A stretch of 64,000 bases of DNA, taken from assembly GCA_963776345.1 (NCBI GenBank), contig CAVZMH010000003.1, positions 32,001 to 96,000 on the forward strand, written 5' to 3'. Shown here piece after piece: positions 41,898 through 52,143 of the stretch (position 1 is the stretch's first letter; every line of letters starts with the position of its first letter). A program made the position numbers and the translations under genes. Below the pieces are notes generated by a model, which worked only from the letters and a program-made list of their open reading frames with translations, ran no database searches and had not been told where the DNA came from. The stretch is from an uncultured delta proteobacterium. Its GTDB lineage: Bacteria; Myxococcota; Myxococcia; Myxococcales; Myxococcaceae.

Positions 41898-42632
41898 TCA
41901 GGCGGCGGCAGTGAGCTTGAGGAAGATGTCCTCGAGCGAGGTCTGGTCGCCCTCACCCAGCGCGTGGGCGAGCTTCTTGATCTCGTCGAAGGCCACCATC
42001 CGGCCCTGGTTGAGGATCAGCACCCGCTCGCAGGTCATGGTGACCTCCGAGAGGAGTGGGTGCTGAGGATGACCGTGTGCTGTCCGGCCAGGCCCTTGAT
42101 GAGCTGGCGGACCTCGGCGCGCTGGCTGGGGTCGAGCCCCTCGGTCGGCTCGTCGAGGATGAGCACCGGCGGATTGCCCAGCAGGGCCTGGGCGATGCCC
42201 ACCCGCTGCCGGTACCCCTTGGACAGGTTCTGGATGAGCCGCTCCATCACCTCGGACACGCCGGTGCCGTGGGCGACGCGCTCCAGCTCCGTGGCCATCT
42301 GACCGCGGCGGACGCCCTTGAGGGAGGCGACGAACTTCGAGGTAGCCGCGGACCGTCATCTCCGGGTAGAGCGGCGGCGTCTCCGGCAGGTAGCCGATGC
42401 GCCGCTTGACCTCGTAGGGCTCCTCGAAGACGTCGAACCCCGCGACCTTGACCGTCCCGCTCGAGGCGGGAAGGTAGCCGGTGAGGATCTTCATGGTGGT
42501 GGACTTCCCGGCGCCGTTCGGCCCCAGGAACCCGAGGATCTCTCCCTCGGGGACGCTGAACGTCAGGTCCTCCACCGCGATCCGGTCGCGGTACCGCTTG
42601 CTGAGCCCGGTGACCTCGATCATCGCCGTCAT
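41898..42632 (-). CDS. GldA-like ABC ATP-binding protein; two compensating indels near 42339 and 42056
   Basis: GPNGAGKST in one frame; LSKGYRQR, ILDEPT and LSTH in another. Confidence 0.9.
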   Translation of the reverse strand: MTAMIEVTGLSKRYRDRIAVEDLTFSVPEGEILGFLGPNGAGKSTTMKILTGYLPASSGTVKVAGFDVFEEPYEVKRRIGYLPETPPLYPEMTVRGYLEVRRLPQGRPPRSDGHGAGARRPRHRRVRGDGAAHPEPVQGVPAAGGHRPGPAGQSAGAHPRRADRGARPQPARRGPPAHQGPGRTAHGHPQHPLLSEVTMTCERVLILNQGRMVAFDEIKKLAHALGEGDQTSLEDIFLKLTAAA

Positions 42633-42663
42633 CTGACTGTCGTTCCTCTCAGGCGGGCGCGCG

Positions 42664-42691
42664 ATACTATGGATGGGCACCGGTCTGTCAA
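42664..42691 (-). promoter_or_regulatory. Sigma70-type promoter of the ABC operon
   Basis: Minus strand TTGACA-N16-TAGTAT, about 30 bp before the start codon. Confidence 0.65.
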
Positions 42692-42750
42692 CACGCGGGG
42701 GACGACGGATCTTTCCGTGGCCCGGCCGGTGCAGAGCGATGGCCCCTGGA

Positions 42751-43908
42751 ATGAGCATCATCGTACAGAAGTTCGGCGGCTCCTCGGTCGCCGACGTGGA
42801 GCGGATCCGCAAGGTGGCGGCGCGGGTGGCGGCCAGGCGGGCCGAGGGGCACCGGCTGGTGGTGGTGGTCTCGGCCATGGGCGACACCACCGACGAGCTG
42901 CTCTCGCTGGCCAAGAGGATGTCGGCCAATCCCCCTCGCCGCGAGCTGGACATGCTGCTGACGTGCGGGGAGCGCATCAGCATGGCCCTGCTCTCGATGG
43001 CCCTGCACGAGCTGGGCGTCCCGGCCATCAGCTTCACCGGGAGCCAGAGCGGCATCATCACCGACGACACCCATGCCCAGGCCCGCATCGTCGAGGTCCG
43101 GCCGGTGCGCATCCGCGAGGAGCTGGGGAAGGAGAAGGTGGTCATCGTCGCCGGCTACCAGGGCGTCTCGCGCAACCGGGAGGTGACCACGCTCGGCCGC
43201 GGGGGCAGCGACACCACCGCGGTGGCTCTCGCCGCGGCGCTGGGGGCCGAGGCCTGCGAGATCTATTCCGACGTGGACGGGGTCTTCTCCGCCGACCCGC
43301 GCGTCGTTCCCGAGGCGCGGAAGCTGGAGAGGCTGGACTACGGAACGGCGCAGGAGCTTGCCGCGGCGGGCGCGCGGGTGCTCAACGCGCAGGCGGTGGA
43401 GTTCGCCCGGAACGCCGGCATCGTCATCGACGCCCGGAGCACCCACGGCGGCGGGACCGGCTCGCGCATCGGCCCCGACCCGGCGCCGGTCCGGGCAGTG
43501 GCCAGCGACACCGAGGTGCGGGTGCTGGAGGTGCCGGATGCCCAGCTCGAGCCCTTGCTCCGGAGCCTCGCCGAACAGGAGATCCGGATCCGCCTCGTCG
43601 CCGGGACGCGCGACGGGGCAGGGCGCCTGCTCCTGGTCGTCCCTCTCCAGGACGTGCACGGGGTGGAGGCGTTCGACACCGGAGCCCGTGCCCTCGGGGT
43701 CGAGCCTCGGCCCGGGCTCGGCACGGTGACGCTCGCCGGCCCGGGCGTGGGAACCGACAGCGCGGTCCTCGCCCGCTGTCTGGCCGCGGCCTCGGGGCTC
43801 GGGATCCAGGTCCGCGCGCTCCACGGCTCCCCGCTCCAGCTGACCTTCGTGGTGGAGTCGGCTCAGGTCCCGGAGCTCGCCCGCGAGCTGCACCGGGCGA
43901 CCCGCTAG
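42751..43908 (+). CDS. lysC: Aspartate kinase
   Basis: [42 protein letters not shown]. The C-terminal ACT region is divergent. Confidence 0.9.
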   Translation: MSIIVQKFGGSSVADVERIRKVAARVAARRAEGHRLVVVVSAMGDTTDELLSLAKRMSANPPRRELDMLLTCGERISMALLSMALHELGVPAISFTGSQSGIITDDTHAQARIVEVRPVRIREELGKEKVVIVAGYQGVSRNREVTTLGRGGSDTTAVALAAALGAEACEIYSDVDGVFSADPRVVPEARKLERLDYGTAQELAAAGARVLNAQAVEFARNAGIVIDARSTHGGGTGSRIGPDPAPVRAVASDTEVRVLEVPDAQLEPLLRSLAEQEIRIRLVAGTRDGAGRLLLVVPLQDVHGVEAFDTGARALGVEPRPGLGTVTLAGPGVGTDSAVLARCLAAASGLGIQVRALHGSPLQLTFVVESAQVPELARELHRATR

Positions 43909-43931
43909 AGCCCGACGCCGCCGTCCCCATC

Positions 43932-45107
43932 CTACTTGAGGCCATACGCCCGCCGGAGCAATTCCGGCGCGGTGAGCCCCGAGCTGCGCGCCACCTCCAC
44001 GTCCAGCCCGAGTCCGTGGCCACGCCCACGTCCGCGGATCCGGACGGTCTCGCCCTCGAAAACGCCCTCGGTCGGGCAGCTCGGGAGGCGGAGCGCGGCG
44101 CGGATCGGCTCGCAGGGAATGCGCTCGACGCCGTTCGGCCCCACCACCTCCAGCGCCCGTCCGTCCCCACCGAAGCGCTGCGCGTCGCCGAGCACCGCGC
44201 GCACCTCGGCCGCCGGACGCCGCCGCTCCCACGGTCTCGCTCCCACCGCGGAAGTAGGGGAGCCACTGCGGCGTGGGCAGCTCGGGGAGAGCGAGCGCTC
44301 GGGTCACCTCCGGGGTCGGCGGCGCGGTCCCCAGGAAGACCTGGCAGTGGGTGGTGTCGCAGAGCGGCCTCCCCGATGCCGCTCCACGTGCGCGTCGTGG
44401 GCGATGACCTGCGCGAGCGCGAGCCCTGCCTCGCCGGCGAGTCCTGCGTGCTCGGCCGCCATCACGCCCGAGACGTAGGCCGAGCGCGTGGTGCGGAAGA
44501 TGACCTCGGAGCCACGCCGCGCCCGCGTCTCTCGCCGGGTGCTCCCGGCCTCGGGCGGTCGGTCGGGCAGCGGGCGAAAGGAGAAGACGCCGGCGTAGGG
44601 CCGCGGCTGGCTCCCGGCGACTCGAACCTGCCACGCTCCTCTGGTGCAGAGGATGGCTCCGGTGCCCAGCGCGGCGCGGAGCGTCTGCCAGCCGGGAGGG
44701 AGCTCCTCGACCTGGCGACCGCTGACCCGCGCCGCGCGCCCTCGGCACAGGACGCTCACTCGGTCCGGGCCGACGAGCCCGAACACCTGCACCTCGACGG
44801 CCGACTCGGCACGCGCTCGTGCCGGGGCCGTGGCCTTCGGACCTCGCACCACCACCCGGTCGTCGTCGACGTCGAGCTGGAAATCGGGACCGGCCCGACG
44901 GGCGCCATTCCCCGCCTCGGCCTCGACCCGGACGGTCTCGGCGAGATCCTGCGCTCGCCGCGCCCCGGACGAGGCGTCCACCGCGAAGTCGTCCCCGGCG
45001 ATGAGCTCACCGGAGTGGCGCGAGACGACGCACAGCTCGGTTCCCTCGGAGAGCGTCGTCGCGGGAAGCAGGAGCAGCGCGCTGGCGGCCGCAAGCCCGC
45101 GGATCAC
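43932..45107 (-). CDS. SpoIID/LytB-domain exported protein; frameshifts near 44375 and 44230
   Basis: Signal peptide; YVSGVMAAE, ALAQVIA, LCDTTHCQVFLG, GRGRGHGLGL, ELL..AY. Confidence 0.75.
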
Positions 45108-46075
45108 TACGACGCCGGCCGGACCAGCCGCCGCGTCGGACGCCCGTCCTGCTTGGTGCGCCGGAAGTCGTCGGTGCGCCCCGGGAGCGAGACGAAGTCG
45201 CACATCTCGCACAGCCGGCTGTAGATGCGCTCGCCGATGCGCTCCACCAGGAGCTCCTCGCGCTCCAGGGCCTGCTCCGGGGCCTGGAACCCGCGGGGGC
45301 CCGGCGACGGCGCGCGCTCGCGCTCGAGCGAGTAGTTGGTGGCGACGATGGTGGTGAGGCCCGAGTTGTAGCGGCGGGCGATCAGCTCGTCGAGCGTCTC
45401 CATCTCGAAGGGGCTGCCGCGGCCGCGGCCCAGCTCGTCGATGGCCAGCACGTCCGCGTCCACCAGGCGGGCGATGATCTCCCCGCCGCTCTTGCCGGCG
45501 TTGAAGCCGCGCCGGATGTCCGCGAAGAGGAGCGAGATCTCCCGGTACTGCGCCGAGGCGCCGCGCTCGAGGACCAGGTGCCGGAGCGTCGCCGACAAGA
45601 GATGGGTCTTCCCCGAGCCCACCCGGCCGGAGATGACGAACCCGCGCGCCGGCCGGTCGCGCCTCCAATCCTGCGCGACGCTCCGGGCGACGCCGAGCGC
45701 CTGTTCCAGCGCGGCGGTCTTCTCCTGGTCGTCTCCCTTGGCGCGGAAGGTGGCGAAGCTGCTCGTGGCGTGGTGGGCAGGGATGCCCACCACCGCGAAC
45801 TGGTCGACCCGCTCGGCCAGAAGCCGGCACACACACGGGGCGAGCGCCTCGTAGCTCTTCACCCCGACCTTCTTGCTGAACTCGACCTGGCGCGAGGTGT
45901 AGACGAAGCCGCGGCCCTTGCAGTGCGGGCACGGCTCGCGGCAGCTGCACACCCGGGCGACGGCCCGCGCGCGCCGTCCCTCGCCGTCCCCCGGCCCGGG
46001 CTGGAGCTCGGCCTCGACCCGGTAACCGTCACCCCGGCACTCGGGGCAGCTGGAGGAGGTGGCGAGGGCTTCCAT
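45107..46075 (-). CDS. DnaC/DnaI/IstB-family AAA+ ATPase with an N-terminal Cys-rich zinc region
   Basis: CPEC, CSC, CPHC, CVC; GRVGSGKTHL; LAIDELG; RYN..TIVATN; RIYSRL.EM. Confidence 0.88.
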   Translation of the reverse strand: MEALATSSSCPECRGDGYRVEAELQPGPGDGEGRRARAVARVCSCREPCPHCKGRGFVYTSRQVEFSKKVGVKSYEALAPCVCRLLAERVDQFAVVGIPAHHATSSFATFRAKGDDQEKTAALEQALGVARSVAQDWRRDRPARGFVISGRVGSGKTHLLSATLRHLVLERGASAQYREISLLFADIRRGFNAGKSGGEIIARLVDADVLAIDELGRGRGSPFEMETLDELIARRYNSGLTTIVATNYSLERERAPSPGPRGFQAPEQALEREELLVERIGERIYSRLCEMCDFVSLPGRTDDFRRTKQDGRPTRRLVRPAS

Positions 46076-46306
46076 GTCGTCGTGCAGCCTCAGTCGCGAC
46101 GTCCCCAGGTGCGAGGCATCGTGCCGCGCAGCGCTCGGGACCGAGGAACCGCGTCCTGTACCATCGATGGCCGCTGCGTGCGCAAGATGGACAAGCGTTC
46201 CGGGCGCGCGCGATCGATCGCGCGTTCCGTCGACGCTGACCGAATCCTCCGCGGCGACACGACGCGGGCCACGTTCCACCTGCTGCCCACAGGTCTTCCA
46301 CCGGTT

Positions 46307-46624
46307 TCAGACACCGTCGCCCTCACCGCCGGCGCGAGTGCCGGCGCCCACCTTCCGGAGCCTCCAGGCGTCGATCTCGGCGTCCACCTCCGGGCGGCAC
46401 GCACGCAGCGACCGGGGCGTCGCCCCCGCGGCCCCGTTCCACCGCGCCCGCTCGGCGGCCCGGAGCAGGCCCCGCGCCACCACCTCCAGCGGCACGCCCG
46501 ACTCCGACCAGCGGCCGAGCAGCTCGCGGTCCAGCGCGCCCAGGGCCAGCCCGCGCCCGCGCACCACCGCGAAGAGCACCTCCACGCGCTCGGCAAAGGT
46601 CGAGGTGGGCGGAAGGAGACTCAT
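46307..46624 (-). CDS. Small helical protein, DnaD/DnaB_2-like
   Basis: F...RG..L...D.ELL..W...GVP.EVV..GL..A pattern; upstream of the DnaC-like gene. Confidence 0.6.
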   Translation of the reverse strand: MSLLPPTSTFAERVEVLFAVVRGRGLALGALDRELLGRWSESGVPLEVVARGLLRAAERARWNGAAGATPRSLRACRPEVDAEIDAWRLRKVGAGTRAGGEGDGV

Positions 46625-46804
46625 TCCCCACCCCCCGTGGAGCGGCCGGGCGACCGAGGGGCGGGCGAGGTTGACCTCCCGTCAGGAGGTTGAGGATGAT
46701 GCGAGCGCAACTCCGAAGAAATTCCCAACACGATCAATGGCTTGCCCGCTCGTCCACAGTCCGGCCACGGCGCCCGGGCACAAGGGTCCGGAGTCCACAT
46801 CCAC

Positions 46805-49800
46805 ATGCGACGCTCCCTCGTCCTTCTTCTGACGGTTCCCATGTTCGCGCATGCGGCCGACACCGGCCGCGCGCCCAAGGAGCAAACGCTCGGAAAGAAG
46901 GAGCAGACCACGCTGGACACGTCGCTGGCCGGCGACATCACGCGCAAGAAGGAGGACACCGGCGGCGCCCCGCTCGAGTACGACCAGTTCCAGCTCGGCG
47001 TCGAGCGGCAGATCTCCGACAAGCGCCGGTCGCAGATCGACTCGCTGCAGCGGATCATCGAGCTGTCGGGCGACTCGAAGGAGACCCCGGACCTCCTCTT
47101 CCGGCTGGGCGAGCTCTACTTCGAGGAATCGAGGGACTACTTCTTCCAGGCCAACCGGAAGGACGACGACCTCATCCGCGGCCTGGCGACCAAGGACGTC
47201 GCGCTTCAAGAGAAGTCGAAGAAGGAGAAGACGGCGCTGATGGTCCAGCGCGACGCCAACGCCAAGCTGGCGGTCAACCAGTACACGCAGATCGTCCAGC
47301 GCTACCGGGACTACCCGCGCACCGACGAGGTGCTCTTCTTCCTCGCCCACAACCTGATGGACCTGAACGAGGAGAAGAAGGCCCTCATCGCCTACGGCAA
47401 GCTGGTCAAGGACTACCCGAAGTCGCGCTTCGTGCCCGACGCGTACCTGGCCTTCGGCGAGTACTACTTCAACAACAGCAAGGGCCGGCGCGACTGGCTG
47501 CTGAAGGCGCTCGAGGCCTACAAGTCCGCGGCCGGCTTCCCCGAGAGCTCGATCTACGGGTTCGCGCTCTACAAGCAGGGCTGGTGCCACTTCAACCTCA
47601 GCGACTACCCGAGGGCGATGGACCTCTTCAAGGCCACCGTCCTCTACGGCGAGTTCACCGGCGCCTCGGCGCTGGAGAAGCAGGGCGGCGCCAAGGGCAA
47701 GAACACGCTCATCCGCGAGGCCCGCAACGACTACGTCCGGGCCTACGAGCGCGCCGGGCTGCTGCCACAGCCGGCGAAGGAGAACTTCAGCACCGTGGCC
47801 AGCAACCCCGACGATCGCTTCGGGATGATGGAGCTGCTGGCGAGCCTCTACTACGACGCCGGCAAGGACACGGAGGCCGCCCTGGCCTACGCATCCTCAT
47901 CAAGGAGAAGCCGCTCATCGCCAAGACACCGGGCTGGCAGAGCAAGGTGGTCGACTGCGTGCTGCCGCCGCGGCGACAAGAAGCAGACGGTCGCCCAGAT
48001 CCGCAAGCTGGTGAAGGTCATCGGCGACGTCGAGAAGTCCGGGAACGTGAAGACCGACGCCGACCGGAAGGCCATGGCCTCGGCCAAGGACCTGTCCGAG
48101 CGGACCCTCTCCAACATCGCCGTCAACTGGCACAACGAGGGCCGGAAGACCCGCGACGACGACACCTTCGAGTACGCCAACGAGGTGTACGGCGACTACC
48201 TGGCCCTCTTCCCGGAGAACAAGAAGTCGTACGACCTGCGCTTCTACTGGGGCGAGCTCCTCAACGACTACCTGCGCAAGTACCCCGAGGCGGAGCAGCA
48301 GTACACCCAGGTGGTCGTCCACGGACGGCAAGGCCATCGACGCGAAGCAGAAGCCGGGACGTGGCTCTCGAACGCCGCGTTCAACGCGGTCTACGCCGCG
48401 GACGAGGTGGTGCGCCGCGCCGAGCAGAAGGGCGAGATCAAGCCGCCGAGCGGGACGGACCTCAAGGCCGTGGTGGCCTTCGCCCCCCAGCGCAAGCTCC
48501 TGATCGACGCCTGCGAGCGCTACCTCAAGTACCTGCCGAAGGGCGAGAAGCGGGTGGAGATCGCCTACAAGGCGGCCAAGCTCTACTACGACCACCATCG
48601 CTACGACGAGGCGGTGTTCCGCTTCAGCGAGATCGCGCTGACGCAGCCCGACCACAAGTTCGACAACGGGGACCGCGCCGGGGAGATCGCCGCCAACCTC
48701 GTCCTGGACTCGTACAACGCGCTCGGCGACTACAAGAAGGTCAACGAGTGGGCGCGGCGCTTCTACGCCAACGACAAGCTCGCCACCGGCAAGTTCAAGG
48801 ACGACCTGGCGAAGGTCATCGAGCAGTCCAGCTTCAAGCTGGTGAACCAGCTCGAGGAGAAGAAGGAGTACGCCGCCGCGGCGCAGGCCTACCTGGACTT
48901 CGTGAAGGACTTCCCTCGCACCCAGATCGCGGACAAGGCGCTCTACAACGCCTCCACCGACTTCTACCGGGCGCACATGCTGGAGAAGGCGCTCGCTGCC
49001 CGCGAGCTGCTCTTCCGCAACTACCCCCAGAGCCCGCTGGTCCCCGCCTCCCAGCTGGCCAACGCCGAGGGCTACGAGGCGATCGGCGACTTCGAGCACG
49101 CCGCCGAGGCCTACGAGCTCTACGTCTCGGGCTTCGAGAAGCAGCTGGTCCCGGCCGACAGGTCGAAGAAGGCCAGCAGCAAGAAGAAGGGCAAGCGCGC
49201 CAAGGCGGCGCCGGTCGAGGAGCCCAGGAAGGATGGACCAGTCTGGGAGGAGTCGAAGGCGCAGATCGCGCTCTTCAACGCCGGCGTGTACCGCGAGGGC
49301 CTCGGCCAGCTCCGGCAGGCGCTACGAGATCGCGAGCGCTATCTCGAGCTGTGGCCGGCGGCGAAGGACTCGGAGACCGTGGCCCTCTCCATCGCCGACC
49401 TGCACGAGCGCATGAACCAGTACGGCAAGGCGGTGGCCTTCCTCGACCAGCGCGCCCGTGACCAGGAGCGCGACCCGAACCGGTTCCTCGCCGCCCAGGC
49501 CCGCATCCTCCTGATCCAGGACCAGAAGCTGAAGAACCCCAAGGCCGCCGCCCGCACCCAGAAGTTGGTGCTCGACTACTACGACAAGCTCTACCGGCGT
49601 CAGAAGGACGCGCTGGAGCCGCCGGCGAAGGAGGCGGTGGCGCGCGCGATGTACGCCAAGAACGAGGAGCAGTTCCAGTACTACGCCCGGCAGAAGCTCC
49701 ACTGGGGCAAGGGCGGCGACCCGGTGAAGGAGTTCCGCGAGAGCATCAAGCAGAAGGGCAAGTCGCTGGACGAGATCAACCGCATCTACACCAACACCGT

Positions 49801-50401
49801 GGCGCTGGGCGCGGCCGAGCCGGCCATCTGCTCGCTCCGGAAGATCGGGCTCGCCTACGAGAACATGGCCGACGCGGTGGCCAACGCACCGATGCTTCGC
49901 TCGCTCCCCCCCGAGGCGCAGGAGGAGCTGAAGAACCAGCTCGAGCAGCAGGCCCAGCCCATCCGGGAGAAGGCGGCGGACCACTTCGCCGCCGCGGTGA
50001 CCAAGAGCCGCGAGCTCGCGATCCGGAGCGACTGCGCGACCAAGAGCCTCGAGGCGCTGCGCACCACCTACCGGCCGGCGCAGTACCCGCCGCTCCTGGA
50101 GGAGGTGGCCAACCCGCGGCCTGGCGCCGGCGTCGAGGCGCCCCCGCCGCAGCTGCTCACCCAGGTGCAGCCGGCCGTCGCCGGGGTGATGCTCAAGGGG
50201 ACCAGCGCCGGGCTGCCGCCCGGTCGTCCGGTGGTGACCCGTGAGCCACCGGCCGGGGCCGGCGCCCGGCAGGACGACTCGAACGACCTCCGGCCCGGCC
50301 AGCGGCCCGCCGATGCGCGCTCGCCCGAGCTCGTGCCCGCGAGCGCCACCCAGCCCCAGAAACCGCCGGCGGACGCCGAGCCGGAGGACCTTCGCCAGTG
50401 A
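46805..50401 (+). CDS. gltD: Gliding motility TPR protein GltD/AgmU; compensating indels near 47890-47965 and 48320-48355
   Basis: Signal peptide, many TPRs, about 1200 aa; first gene of the gltDEFG-cglE order. Confidence 0.85.
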   Translation: MRRSLVLLLTVPMFAHAADTGRAPKEQTLGKKEQTTLDTSLAGDITRKKEDTGGAPLEYDQFQLGVERQISDKRRSQIDSLQRIIELSGDSKETPDLLFRLGELYFEESRDYFFQANRKDDDLIRGLATKDVALQEKSKKEKTALMVQRDANAKLAVNQYTQIVQRYRDYPRTDEVLFFLAHNLMDLNEEKKALIAYGKLVKDYPKSRFVPDAYLAFGEYYFNNSKGRRDWLLKALEAYKSAAGFPESSIYGFALYKQGWCHFNLSDYPRAMDLFKATVLYGEFTGASALEKQGGAKGKNTLIREARNDYVRAYERAGLLPQPAKENFSTVASNPDDRFGMMELLASLYYDAGKDTEAALAYASSSRRSRSSPRHRAGRARWSTACCRRGDKKQTVAQIRKLVKVIGDVEKSGNVKTDADRKAMASAKDLSERTLSNIAVNWHNEGRKTRDDDTFEYANEVYGDYLALFPENKKSYDLRFYWGELLNDYLRKYPEAEQQYTQVVVHGRQGHRREAEAGTWLSNAAFNAVYAADEVVRRAEQKGEIKPPSGTDLKAVVAFAPQRKLLIDACERYLKYLPKGEKRVEIAYKAAKLYYDHHRYDEAVFRFSEIALTQPDHKFDNGDRAGEIAANLVLDSYNALGDYKKVNEWARRFYANDKLATGKFKDDLAKVIEQSSFKLVNQLEEKKEYAAAAQAYLDFVKDFPRTQIADKALYNASTDFYRAHMLEKALAARELLFRNYPQSPLVPASQLANAEGYEAIGDFEHAAEAYELYVSGFEKQLVPADRSKKASSKKKGKRAKAAPVEEPRKDGPVWEESKAQIALFNAGVYREGLGQLRQALRDRERYLELWPAAKDSETVALSIADLHERMNQYGKAVAFLDQRARDQERDPNRFLAAQARILLIQDQKLKNPKAAARTQKLVLDYYDKLYRRQKDALEPPAKEAVARAMYAKNEEQFQYYARQKLHWGKGGDPVKEFRESIKQKGKSLDEINRIYTNTVALGAAEPAICSLRKIGLAYENMADAVANAPMLRSLPPEAQEELKNQLEQQAQPIREKAADHFAAAVTKSRELAIRSDCATKSLEALRTTYRPAQYPPLLEEVANPRPGAGVEAPPPQLLTQVQPAVAGVMLKGTSAGLPPGRPVVTREPPAGAGARQDDSNDLRPGQRPADARSPELVPASATQPQKPPADAEPEDLRQ

Positions 50402-51726
50402 GCGCCACGTCCGTCATCTCCCCGCGCCGTCTGGCCGCAACCGCCGCCGCGCTCCTCGCGACGGCGTGCGCCACCAGCGCCCCGGCCGAGAAGGCCCCCG
50501 CCGCACCGGTCACCGCCTCGACCCCGAGCGGCCCGGCTCCGTCCACCCCCAACAGCCGGGCGATGCTCCTCTTCGAGGACGCCACCAAGGCGGCCGAGGC
50601 GCAGGCCAAGTCCGGCGCTCGGGACGACGCGGCGCTCGAGCGCCGGTTCGAGGCGGTCCGCCAGGCCGACCCGGGCTTCGCCGAGGCCGACTACAACCTC
50701 GGCGTGCTCGCCGAGCGCCAGGGCAAGCGGGAGCAGGCGTACGCGAGCTACCGTTCCGCCCTCCAGAAGAAGCCCTCGCTCAAGCCAGCCGCCGAGGGGC
50801 TCGCCCGGCTCACCCGCGCCCAGGGAGACCTCCCCTCGGCCATCGCGCAGTGGAACGACATCGCCCGGGCGTTCCCCGACGACGCAGACAGCCGCGCCCA
50901 GCTCGCCGAGATCTACCGGATCACCAACGACCACGACCGGGCGCAGGAGCTCGCCCGCCAGGCCCTGATCCGCGATCCGAAGAGCCTCGGCGCCTACAAG
51001 ACCCTGCTGCGGAGCAACCTCGACCGGAAGCAGTTCGCGATGGCCGAGCTAGTGGGCGTGCGGGCGCTGAAGATCTCCGCCACCGACCCCGACCTCTACC
51101 TGGCCCTCGGCGACGTGCAGCTCGCGAAGGGCGCGGTGGACAAGGCGGCAGCCCAGTACCAGAAGGCGCTGGAGGCCAACCCGGGCTTCGTCCGGGCCCG
51201 GCTCGCGCTGGCCCGGCTGGCCCTGAAGGACGAGGATTTCGCCGCCGCCGAGAAGCACCTGTCGCGGGCGGTGGCCGACGGGGGCGGCAGCGCCGAGGTC
51301 CACCTCGACCTGGGCGTCGCGTACCGGGGGCTCGGCCAGCCGGACAAGGCTCTGGCCGAGTACGACGCGGCGGAGAAGCTGCAGCCGCGGCTCGCGGCCA
51401 TCTACCTGAACCGGGGCATCGTCCTGCAGCGCTACAAGGACGCGCCCGAGAAGTCGATCGAGCTGTACAAGCAGTACGTCGCGCTGTCGGGCGGTGAGTC
51501 GGCGCTCCCGAACGACGCGCCGGTGCTCGCGCTCCGGCGCGAGGCGGAGCAGCTGGTCGCGGCCAAGTCGCAGGCGCGCACCCAGGAGCAGCAGGCCAAG
51601 ACGCTCGACCAGGCGCAGCAGCTCCAGCAGCAACGGCTCAAGGACGCCGAGGAGCGGGCGGGGAAGGGCGCGCCGGCGAAGGGCACGGCACCGGACAAGG
51701 GAAAGGGGTCTCCGGACAAGCTGTAG
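50398..51726 (+). CDS. gltE: Gliding motility TPR lipoprotein GltE/AglT
   Basis: LATAC lipobox, TPRs, C-terminal coiled coil; synteny. Confidence 0.85.
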   Translation: MSATSVISPRRLAATAAALLATACATSAPAEKAPAAPVTASTPSGPAPSTPNSRAMLLFEDATKAAEAQAKSGARDDAALERRFEAVRQADPGFAEADYNLGVLAERQGKREQAYASYRSALQKKPSLKPAAEGLARLTRAQGDLPSAIAQWNDIARAFPDDADSRAQLAEIYRITNDHDRAQELARQALIRDPKSLGAYKTLLRSNLDRKQFAMAELVGVRALKISATDPDLYLALGDVQLAKGAVDKAAAQYQKALEANPGFVRARLALARLALKDEDFAAAEKHLSRAVADGGGSAEVHLDLGVAYRGLGQPDKALAEYDAAEKLQPRLAAIYLNRGIVLQRYKDAPEKSIELYKQYVALSGGESALPNDAPVLALRREAEQLVAAKSQARTQEQQAKTLDQAQQLQQQRLKDAEERAGKGAPAKGTAPDKGKGSPDKL

Positions 51727-51852
51727 GCACGTGTGGTCCGCGCGCGGTGGACGCGGGGAGGTCGGGGTTTGGTGTGACCTCCGCCATTCGATGTAGATTG
51801 AAACCAGGCGGGTCTCCCCGGGGTCGGGGAGCATTCGGGGGTTGGACAAGGC

Positions 51853-52116
51853 ATGCGAGTGTGGATGCTCATCGTGGCACTGCTGCCGGGGATCGCGGCG
51901 GCGCAGGACGGCTCGTCGGCGACCTCGGCGGAGGCCAGCGCGGCCAAGGCGTCGAAGCGCACCGAGTTCAGCTTCGAGGAGGACACCATCGAGGGTGACC
52001 TCAGCCGTCCCGACGGCGAGTACGTCGAGGCCCTGAAGAAGGTGCCGCACTCCAACCTGATCCGGATCCGCGAGGAGTACCGCAACAAGGTGATGCAGTC
52101 GGTGGACGAGCTGTAG
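51853..52116 (+). CDS. gltF: Gliding motility protein GltF/CglF
   Basis: Signal peptide plus FEEDTIEGDLSRPDGEY...SNLIRIRE. Confidence 0.9.
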   Translation: MRVWMLIVALLPGIAAAQDGSSATSAEASAAKASKRTEFSFEEDTIEGDLSRPDGEYVEALKKVPHSNLIRIREEYRNKVMQSVDEL

Positions 52117-52143
52117 AGCCCTTCGAGAGAGCGACAACCAATC

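Noticed and set aside
38051..42632. Bacteroidetes-type gliding/T9SS machinery inferred from the GldA/F/G-like genes
   Set aside because: This ABC module is widespread outside Bacteroidetes, and no T9SS components are visible.
42633..42750. Lysine riboswitch upstream of the aspartate kinase
   Set aside because: The intergenic space is only about 118 bp, is shared with a divergent promoter, and shows no recognisable aptamer.
45107..46624. IS21 element or prophage replication module
   Set aside because: No IstA/DDE transposase, terminal repeats, integrase or phage genes are visible nearby.
46076..46800. Replication origin next to the DnaC-like gene
   Set aside because: Only poor DnaA-box-like words (e.g. 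tgcccacag, gtccacag), with no box array and no AT-rich unwinding element.
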